A stretch of 32,000 nt of DNA from Candidatus Jordarchaeales archaeon. Lineage in GTDB: Archaea > Asgardarchaeota > Jordiarchaeia > Jordiarchaeales > Freyrarchaeaceae. Below are positions 25,191 through 32,000 of the stretch, piece after piece. The notes below the pieces were generated by a model, which made no database searches, had not been told where the DNA came from, and saw only the letters and a program-made list of their open reading frames with translations. Numbering within the stretch: position 1 is the first letter of the stretch; each line of letters starts with the position of its first letter. The DNA is taken from contig JAWCFL010000011.1 in NCBI GenBank assembly GCA_038858525.1, forward strand, positions 30,545 through 62,544, in the 5' to 3' direction. Both the position numbers and the translations under genes were made by a program.

Positions 25191-25286
25191 TCAGGATACA
25201 CCTCTACTCTTCAATCCGCCTCTTGATAACGAGAGAAAATAAATGAAGTGTTCTGCTTGACCTCTCGTTTTCACGTAATTTTATAC

Positions 25287-25550
25287 TTACTCGTCCCTTA
25301 CAGTTTCTAAGATTGATACGGCGCTCCATATTTTCGTTCTGCTGTGTAAGGGGCAGTTTGGGTCTTGTGAGACCTCTTCAAGTATTGATATGGCGTTTGA
25401 AGCTTTAACGGCAGGAGTATACTTTCCCTCTTTAAGAGCCTCTATTGCCTCACTTGCCGCTCTCCTAATATTTCTCGGAGTAGTCGTATCCTCTGATATC
25501 TGCTTTAAAATTGCTATCGCCTGATTCATTTTCTCGATAGAATCACTCAA
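25287..25550 (-). CDS. UPF0147 family protein
   Basis: ISEDTTTPRNIRRAA...SILEEVSQDPNCPLHSRTKIW. Confidence 0.88.
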   Translation of the reverse strand: MSDSIEKMNQAIAILKQISEDTTTPRNIRRAASEAIEALKEGKYTPAVKASNAISILEEVSQDPNCPLHSRTKIWSAVSILETVRDE

Positions 25551-25787
25551 CGTATAACCCTCCCTGCACTTAATTGCAGGCTATGCATTCCTTCCTTTAA
25601 AACGGAACTCTTCTACGTGTTTTCTTATTCCTCACCTATCTCAATTAAAGTGTGGACTATTTTTGTCTTACGCTACAATCTGCCTTAAACTAGTCTTCTT
25701 CCCTAAAAAGCACTTACCTTTGAAAAACGTTTATTTTTTATTAAGAGCTCCGTAGTATCTGGGAGTATCTAACAAATTATTGTCTCG

Positions 25788-26138
25788 GTGGTTTTCTTGG
25801 AGTCTGAAGATTTGCAGAAAATGGTTGACATGTTACGACGTGGCGCGACGTTGCTTTCTAAGTCGTGTCCCGTATGTAACTCCCCCCTATTTAAGGTGGA
25901 CGGGAAAATATGGTGTCCAACATGTGAAAAGCAAGTTGTTGTGATAAGAGAGGGAGAGCCGCCTCCCCCAGAGTTAAGTAGCTTGCTACTCGCCAGCTTG
26001 GCAAATGCAATCTATGAGAAGCTCAGAGGAGTAGAAGCACGCATCAGGGAAGCTAGAGACGCTGATGAGCTACAAGAGTCATTAAGACTTGCTGTTGGAC
26101 TACTAGAAGTTTTAGAGCGAATAAAACGCTTAACTTAA
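25788..26138 (+). CDS. UPF0148 / autoantigen-p27-like Zn-ribbon protein
   Basis: LRRGATLLSKSCPVCNSPLF...IWCPTC plus a C-terminal helical segment. Confidence 0.82.
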   Translation: MVFLESEDLQKMVDMLRRGATLLSKSCPVCNSPLFKVDGKIWCPTCEKQVVVIREGEPPPPELSSLLLASLANAIYEKLRGVEARIREARDADELQESLRLAVGLLEVLERIKRLT

Positions 26139-28394
26139 TTCTTCTTCGTTGTACTCGGCTTGGATGATCTTCCTTATTCGTTCCGCCTTCTTTTTTCCTA
26201 TACCTTGAACTTCCATGAGCTCCTTCTCATTAGCAGTGAATACTTTTTCAACACTCTTAAACTTCTGAAGTAATCTTTTAGCTAAAATATGATCTACGCC
26301 TGGTAAGGCCGCTACCAAATGCTCCTGTAGCTCTTTTATTGTGCCTGGCTTTTTGATTCCAATCCGTATTCCCTTTCTCCCCTCTTCTCTTTCTCTTCGA
26401 GCCACAGTCTTAATTACCTCAGCGGTTTCTTTAGCGTTTCTCGTCCAAAAAATTGGCGTTTTAAAGTCTAATGCTATACTTACTAACGCCCCTCTGATCG
26501 CTTCAGCCTTCACACCTCCTCTCTCATACAAGCCTTCCCCTTCTATTATCAAGAGGGGAGCTTCATAGGTCCTTGAGAGGTCGGCGATCTGCTTGAAAAC
26601 ACGCTGGTCTATGATTGACTGCACGAAATCGGTAGCCGTCTTACGCTCTATGCACACTTTCTCCGAAACAACGTAGTCGCCAACATCTAGCTTCGTTAAA
26701 ATAACCTCAACTCCAAGCCTAGCCAGCTCCTGAACAACAGGGCTCCCCCCCTCCCTCACATCCGCATAAACGGTTAACCTGTCTTCCTTTGGAATATATT
26801 CCTCCAAAGTGGCTTGCTGATTAACCTCCACCCTACTTTCTAATCCACCTCCTTTTCTCTCCAGCTCTCTTATGACTCCACGCATATTCTCCTCCCTCCA
26901 CTTCACTGACCAATAGTATTTCTCGTCCATAGTTCCCTTAGCTATAAGGAAGACAACCCTTCCCGGCCTACGCCTACCGGTCCGTCCCTTCCTCTGAACG
27001 AACCTTATAGCGCTGGGAGTAATGTCATAGAAGACTACTAAGTCACACTCGCTGACATCAATTCCCTCTTCAGCCACACTAGTGGCAACCAACACATTAA
27101 ACTCTCCCCTTCTAAACCTTTCAAGAACCTCAGCTTGCTGCCTCTGTGTAAGGCCGGTAGCGTTTCCTCTGTTACCTTGCCCAACTATCCTGTCAGCGTT
27201 AATTCCATCCTCACGGAGCTTCTTCAATATGTCGTCTACTGTGCTTCTAAACTGCGTGAACACTATCACCCGCGACTCTGGTTTGCCAGAGAGTTGTTCT
27301 TTAACGACGTTGACAAGAACACCAAGCTTAGGGTGCGTCATCCCTTGAACGCTCATTGCTGCCACTTCGCTCCTTACAGATGCTACGAGCGGATCTTCAA
27401 GAAGATTCATCAGTCCTCTCCCTCCCTTAATCCGAGCCCTTTCATTCATCCTCTCAAAGTACTTATTGAGGGCACTAATCCCCTGAGTCTCCAAAATTTC
27501 GTGAGCGTGAGCAAGCCTAATGGCGCCTGAGACCGCTGCTAAACACTCGTAATCCTTCTCGCTTTTCTCTTCTTTTCTCAAAAGTAACTCTTGAAGCTCT
27601 AGAAGCTCTCTTCTAGTCCACTTTTTCTTTGCCTGAACATACCCTGCTTCCCTCAAAATATTCATTAGTCCCTTAATGGCCTCTTCAAGCTTTGCTTTTG
27701 CGCGTAACATTTCTGGGGAAAGCGTTACGTTAACCCATTCAACCTTAACTTTTTTAACATAAGGTGCAACGTCAGGGCTTCTTTCAGTTCGCGCCTCAAC
27801 AAACTTTATGCTTAGAGCCCTACAGACATCCAGAACCTTTTCCCTTTGAGAACCGGGTGACGCGGTGAGTCCCAAGATAAGAGGCTTCTTCGCCTGCTTC
27901 AAATACTCCTCTGCTATGAAAACGTACGGGTAATCGCCTACCGCTCTATGTGCTTCATCAAAGACCAGGAGAACCCAGTCTGAAGCATCCACTCGCCTAG
28001 CTATCAAGTCGTTTCTAACAACCTGCGGAGTTGCTATGATGACTTTTGCCATCCGCCATATGTTTTCCCTCTCCTCCGGCAACGTCTCTCCAGTGCAAGT
28101 TCTCACGGCGTCCTCAGGCAATTTTAAGATCTTTTTGAAAGTTTCTGAGTGCTGGACAACTAAAGGCTTCGTGGGAGCTAGAACAACAACTTTCCCCCAA
28201 TCGTATTTAAGTAACCTTTCCGCAGTCAAGATCGCCGCGATAACGGTCTTACCTAAACCCGTAGGGAGCACCACAAGCGTGTTACCCTGCAAAGCCTTAG
28301 AAAATATGTTCCTTTGATACTCTCTAACTTCAACGCTTCCTTCCCTAATAAGAGGGTGCATAAACTGCTCCGAAGAATGCATGCTCTCCTTCAT
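26130..28394 (-). CDS. hef: Hef (FANCM-like SF2 helicase fused to ERCC4/XPF nuclease and HhH)
   Basis: REYQ, PTGLGKT, DEAH, LTASPG, ATSVAEEGIDV, QRKGRTGR, GDY...ERKT..DF, C-terminal GIGKKKA. Confidence 0.95.
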   Translation of the reverse strand: MKESMHSSEQFMHPLIREGSVEVREYQRNIFSKALQGNTLVVLPTGLGKTVIAAILTAERLLKYDWGKVVVLAPTKPLVVQHSETFKKILKLPEDAVRTCTGETLPEERENIWRMAKVIIATPQVVRNDLIARRVDASDWVLLVFDEAHRAVGDYPYVFIAEEYLKQAKKPLILGLTASPGSQREKVLDVCRALSIKFVEARTERSPDVAPYVKKVKVEWVNVTLSPEMLRAKAKLEEAIKGLMNILREAGYVQAKKKWTRRELLELQELLLRKEEKSEKDYECLAAVSGAIRLAHAHEILETQGISALNKYFERMNERARIKGGRGLMNLLEDPLVASVRSEVAAMSVQGMTHPKLGVLVNVVKEQLSGKPESRVIVFTQFRSTVDDILKKLREDGINADRIVGQGNRGNATGLTQRQQAEVLERFRRGEFNVLVATSVAEEGIDVSECDLVVFYDITPSAIRFVQRKGRTGRRRPGRVVFLIAKGTMDEKYYWSVKWREENMRGVIRELERKGGGLESRVEVNQQATLEEYIPKEDRLTVYADVREGGSPVVQELARLGVEVILTKLDVGDYVVSEKVCIERKTATDFVQSIIDQRVFKQIADLSRTYEAPLLIIEGEGLYERGGVKAEAIRGALVSIALDFKTPIFWTRNAKETAEVIKTVARREREEGRKGIRIGIKKPGTIKELQEHLVAALPGVDHILAKRLLQKFKSVEKVFTANEKELMEVQGIGKKKAERIRKIIQAEYNEEELS

Positions 28395-28500
28395 TTTCTC
28401 CTTCCCATCTGAAAACAGAACATAATTCCCAAAAACACTTCGATGCTCTCCAGATAATATCTAATTATAAAATCATCCTTCCCATTAATTTTCATCACTC

Positions 28501-28887
28501 TTGACCATAATGTTTTTACAGGTGAAAATGATGGAACTGGCTGTTATGGGTCAAGGCCGCGAAAATCTTTCAGGTGTCCATTGTGAATTATACGAGCTTA
28601 ATGTTCCAGGCGACCTTGTAGGGAAACTGGTTATTGACGGAGCGGCGAGAATAGTGGGAATAGTGCGAAGCGTTAAGCTCGTTTTGCCCCCGGCAAAAAT
28701 TGAAATAGTGGTTAAGGGGTTAGAAGTTGAGTTCTCGGTGGACGTCTCTAATGTCAGTGCTGTTGGCAGCGTTGTTCAACTGAAGAACGTTGCCAAAGAA
28801 GCTGAACCATTAGAACTAAGAGACGCTCAAAGGCTGAGGAAGGAGCTCATAGAAGAGATAAGAACAATGGCCTCAAACATATCTTAA
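28501..28887 (+). CDS. PRC-barrel domain protein with a C-terminal helix (true start probably downstream of 28501)
   Basis: LVGKLVID...IVGIV..V and VSAVGSVVQLK match the PRC-barrel pattern. Confidence 0.6.
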   Translation: MTIMFLQVKMMELAVMGQGRENLSGVHCELYELNVPGDLVGKLVIDGAARIVGIVRSVKLVLPPAKIEIVVKGLEVEFSVDVSNVSAVGSVVQLKNVAKEAEPLELRDAQRLRKELIEEIRTMASNIS

Positions 28888-28900
28888 AAGGGGAATCTAA

Positions 28901-30808
28901 TCAAGCACCACTGTTAGCGTAAATCGCAGTACACCTAACCTCCATGCACTTAGAACAATGGGCGCATCTATCCTCAAGTATCCATGCCATCCCCCAATTA
29001 ATTAGAACAGCCTGTCTTTTACAGGCAGAAGCACACTCGCCGCAGCCCACACACCTCAACGCCTTAACCACAACATGAGCAACACGCCGCTTAATTTCAT
29101 CTATCCCCTCCTCTGAACCGCTGGAAATCGTGAAGCTTCCATCCTCGAGTATCCTTGCCTCTCCCCACCTACAAGCAACAGCGACCTCACCTATACTCGT
29201 ACTGACCTCACCCATTACGTTGGCAATGTTTTTGATACGTGAAAGGTCCAAAGGAGAGTTGAACCGTCCGGAAAGAATTGTTCTCCCGTCTCTCTCACCT
29301 CTTTGTCCGATGCAGTATGTAATCTTTTTTCCTCCAGCTGGTCTCTCAGCAAGCATTACCCCCAATTGCTTAGCTAGTTCCAAATGTCCCTTCGGTAACC
29401 TTTTCCACCTCCAAAAACCATACCGAACCCATTCCTCAGGGTACCCGTATTTTTCTCTCCATTTTTCAAGAGTGCTCATCAACATTTTGTAAAAATCTTC
29501 ATGTGTCTCCTTAAGCACTTCTATCTCCGAGAGCTTGCTTGCTGGACAAGGCCAACATCCTATCCTGCTAAGTCCTTTCTCGTAAAGTGAATTATACTCT
29601 ACGCCCTCCCTAAATATATAGAGCCACACGTGAAGCGCAGTCCAGTTCTTGATAGGGTACGCTGCTATCTGCCCTGGAACCCAAGGGTTAACGTTAACCT
29701 TCGGCTCCCTAAACCTAGCTTCAGACTCATAACTTCTCTGCCCAATAAATGTCAGGCACCCCTCCGGAAAGTTCTCCTTAATAAGCTTCGTTAACGGTCC
29801 CAGCTTGCATCCCTTACAGCATATTCTGTAATCTCTCCCTGGAGGACCAAATTCCTCAACAAGCTTCCAGAAAACATCGCTGGCAACTTTTTCCTCCAAT
29901 AAATCAACTCCTAGTTTTTTAATAAACCTCTCCGTGTAAGCTACAGTTTCAGGGAACTCTACTCCGGTATCAACGAACAGAACCTTGAAGTTCTCTCCAA
30001 GCGCTTTTTGCACAAGTAAAAGAGTAACCAACGAATCCTTTCCGCCAGAAAAAGCCACGGTCACGGGTCTACCGTAATTTTTAGCTACATTCCTAATGAA
30101 GCGTAACGCATCCTTTTCGAACATATCCAAGACTTCTTCGTTGGCCCTTACAGCATCGCTCCATGTCCCCCTATTCGTTTCTTTCCCCCTTGGCAAAATT
30201 CCTCTTTCCCTTATCTTTACAGCCACTCCTCTTTCACGCGCCAGCATTTCTCTCCCCGACTTCTTTGCCACTCCAACAGCGAAAACTTCTCCATTAGAAT
30301 CAACGACAACCACGTGATCTCCAATGTTAATTTCGTGATCACAATCTAGAACACCGGGACCGAGAAGATTGGCACTCCCCTGCAGTATGCTCTCAACCGC
30401 TCCCTTATCTGCGCAAACCCATTTACCTCCTCCTTGTTGCCATATAACACGTCCTCCAGCCAGCTTCGGTAAAAACTCCCAGCTCAGTTTAAAAACGTTA
30501 AATCTAAGAGCTCCGATAATTTCTCCGTCCATAATCACTTCGTCCATGTGGTCTAAGTAGGGCACCTTGTTTAGCACCACACAGCCATCACAACACAAGT
30601 CGACTCCAAACTGGAATTTCACAACATTACGCAGAACTTCAATTTCCCTTCTAAAGGCTGGCCTCACGTCTCCCGGCGGCGAAATATCGACATCAATTCC
30701 CCTTCCCCCGCACGATGAACATTTCTCATCTAGAAGCGGAACACCACAATCCATGCACCAGAATAATTTAACAGCTCCCAAATAAACACCCAAATCGTCC
30801 ACCCACAA
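28901..30808 (-). CDS. Zn-ribbon + PUA + PAPS-reductase-like (PP-loop) + 4Fe-4S dicluster protein
   Basis: WCMDC...CSSC, PUA-like ADKGAV..ILQG.NLLGPGV, FSGGKDS, CCKGCK, RIGCWPCP, C-terminal CVGCGEC...C / CAHCSKC. Confidence 0.85.
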   Translation of the reverse strand: MWVDDLGVYLGAVKLFWCMDCGVPLLDEKCSSCGGRGIDVDISPPGDVRPAFRREIEVLRNVVKFQFGVDLCCDGCVVLNKVPYLDHMDEVIMDGEIIGALRFNVFKLSWEFLPKLAGGRVIWQQGGGKWVCADKGAVESILQGSANLLGPGVLDCDHEINIGDHVVVVDSNGEVFAVGVAKKSGREMLARERGVAVKIRERGILPRGKETNRGTWSDAVRANEEVLDMFEKDALRFIRNVAKNYGRPVTVAFSGGKDSLVTLLLVQKALGENFKVLFVDTGVEFPETVAYTERFIKKLGVDLLEEKVASDVFWKLVEEFGPPGRDYRICCKGCKLGPLTKLIKENFPEGCLTFIGQRSYESEARFREPKVNVNPWVPGQIAAYPIKNWTALHVWLYIFREGVEYNSLYEKGLSRIGCWPCPASKLSEIEVLKETHEDFYKMLMSTLEKWREKYGYPEEWVRYGFWRWKRLPKGHLELAKQLGVMLAERPAGGKKITYCIGQRGERDGRTILSGRFNSPLDLSRIKNIANVMGEVSTSIGEVAVACRWGEARILEDGSFTISSGSEEGIDEIKRRVAHVVVKALRCVGCGECASACKRQAVLINWGMAWILEDRCAHCSKCMEVRCTAIYANSGA

Positions 30809-30896
30809 ATTATAGAAGTCTCTTCATCAAATAAAAAGGACAAATTCGATAATAATTTAGATTTGAACATTAAAAAAGAGAAAAGCTTCATGGGAG

Positions 30897-31310
30897 CTAT
30901 TTTTCGAGCTCTTTTTCCACTATTTCGGCGTAGTTATCTGCACTTAACAAGTTTTCTTTTTCCTCTTCTATGTTTGAGGCTTCTATCACAACCATCCAGC
31001 CCTCGCCGTACGGATCGCTGTTAATAAGTTCAGGGGAATCCTCTAAAGCCTCGTTAACCTCCACGATCGTTCCACTCACCGGCGCATAAAGTTCAGACAC
31101 CGCCTTAACTGATTCGATAGTCCCAAACTCGTCTCCCTGACTTACTTCGTCACCGACCTCGGGTAGCTCAACGTAGACTATCTCCTTCAACTGCTTCTGA
31201 GCAAAATCAGTGATTCCTACGCGAACCCTTCCATTCTCTATTTTAGCCCATTGGTGCGTCTCATTGTACAACAGGTCGTCAGGTATCTGTACATCATCAA
31301 CTTTAACCAT
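30897..31310 (-). CDS. gcvH: Glycine cleavage system H (lipoyl carrier) protein
   Basis: HQWAK, VGITDFAQ, IESVKAVSELYAPVSG (lipoyl-Lys), SPELINSDPYGEGW. Confidence 0.95.
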   Translation of the reverse strand: MVKVDDVQIPDDLLYNETHQWAKIENGRVRVGITDFAQKQLKEIVYVELPEVGDEVSQGDEFGTIESVKAVSELYAPVSGTIVEVNEALEDSPELINSDPYGEGWMVVIEASNIEEEKENLLSADNYAEIVEKELEK

Positions 31311-31441
31311 TTTTTTCCTCCTTATACTAATTTCAGGTTTAGCTTCTCGAGTCGTTTACCTCATAAAGCTTTCGTTTCTCTACAAGTTAACTCTCCTATG
31401 TGATCCCTGACTTTACCTGAACCATGTTCACAACACCTTAG

Positions 31442-31472
31442 AAAAAAAGCCTCCTCATCAATGAGGAAGGCT
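31442..31472 (-). terminator. Intrinsic-type hairpin + U7 terminator between tnpB and gcvH
   Basis: Minus strand AGCCTTCCTCAT-TG-ATGAGGAGGCT followed by TTTTTT. Confidence 0.6.
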
Positions 31473-31516
31473 GCTTTCTTCACATTCTTCACGTCTTCAT
31501 TATGAAGTCCTTAGCA

Positions 31517-32000
31517 GTAAAGCCCCCACCTTTAGGAGGAAGCTCTGTTATTCAGCGGGAGTATGAACCGTTGTCGGATAGTTAACTTTTTATAACTATC
31601 CGTTCCACCTCGGCTAAAGCCTCATGGGTGGCTTTCGCCGCCAACGGTAAAGGACGGCACATCAAGAGCTTCATAGCTATGTTCCAAGCGGCAACAAAGT
31701 GTCTATCCGCCTGGAACCCGCACCGCCTACACTTGAAGACATGCCCATTCGGCTTACTAATTTCGCCACACATCGGGCACGTCCTAGAGGTGTTCTCCGC
31801 CTTAACGGTTTCCGGCTTAAAGCCACGCTCCATCCCCTTATAAGAAATGTAAAGCTGGATTCTCCTAAATGGGATGCTGTGGAGCCTCCTATTCATCACC
31901 CTACCATACCTTATCCTCTCCCTGATATGGGTGAGCTCCTCCATTACAGGTCTAGCGTTTTCCTCGGCAACCACACCAGCTACAATCTTCGCCGCCCTAT
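31517..32000 (-). mobile_element. IS200/IS605-family element, right end (left part outside window)
   Basis: tnpB 3' end followed by a subterminal hairpin AGCTTCCTCCTAAAGGTGGGGGCT and TTTAC; end position inferred. Confidence 0.6.
31582..32000 (-). CDS. tnpB: TnpB (IS605 OrfB) C-terminal part: RuvC-II, Zn ribbon, RuvC-III
   Basis: Frame is open to the window edge. VMEEL, F..IQLYISYK, TSRTCPMCG, FKCRRCG.QADRH..AAWNI. Confidence 0.9.
   Translation of the reverse strand, partial: RAAKIVAGVVAEENARPVMEELTHIRERIRYGRVMNRRLHSIPFRRIQLYISYKGMERGFKPETVKAENTSRTCPMCGEISKPNGHVFKCRRCGFQADRHFVAAWNIAMKLLMCRPLPLAAKATHEALAEVERIVIKS

Noticed and set aside
296-31843. Numerous 60-180-aa ORFs antisense to or overlapping the assigned genes (e.g. 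296-829, 8584-9000, 22908-23315, 27135-27530, 29130-29492)
   Set aside because: Shadow ORFs: Ser/Leu/Pro/Phe-rich mirrors of purine-rich coding strands, with no motifs.

Overview
Archaeal chromosomal window from a probable thermophile (E/K/R-rich proteins). It carries the PolD small subunit, a Hef helicase-nuclease, SepRS and a non-canonically intron-split tRNA, which suggests a TACK- or Asgard-like lineage; the taxonomy is inference only. The left arm (1-11.5 kb) and right arm (19.5-31.3 kb) are mostly housekeeping: purH (partial), CoA-transferase, tyw1, translin, sepS, ribK, ribL, dph5, mtnA, HTH-CBS, hypF on the left; PhoU-type regulator, MoxR/vWA, LysR, FAU-1, UPF0147, Zn-finger, hef, PRC-barrel, PUA-PAPS-reductase-like, gcvH on the right. 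A partial IS200/IS605 tnpB sits at the right edge. The centre (11.5-19 kb) is a replication origin: two inverted ORB elements with G-strings flank a 133-bp AT-rich DUE (14433-14607), three more ORB-like boxes precede a wHTH gene and cdc6/orc1, and DP1 converges on cdc6. Top candidates for novelty: (1) an oriC-abutting operon of an ExeA-like AAA+ ATPase, a ParG/SegB-like ribbon-helix-helix protein and an HTH protein, with a cluster of GATATC-family sites, possibly an undescribed partition or origin-control system; (2) a tRNA-Leu(CAG) apparently split by four non-canonical introns, with a 5-nt micro-exon; (3) a candidate -1 programmed frameshift fusing MoxR to its vWA partner; (4) an orphan Cas2-like gene and two other motif families inside the origin region. 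No database searches were run; family calls rest on motifs read from the translations, and several start codons were re-assigned by eye.
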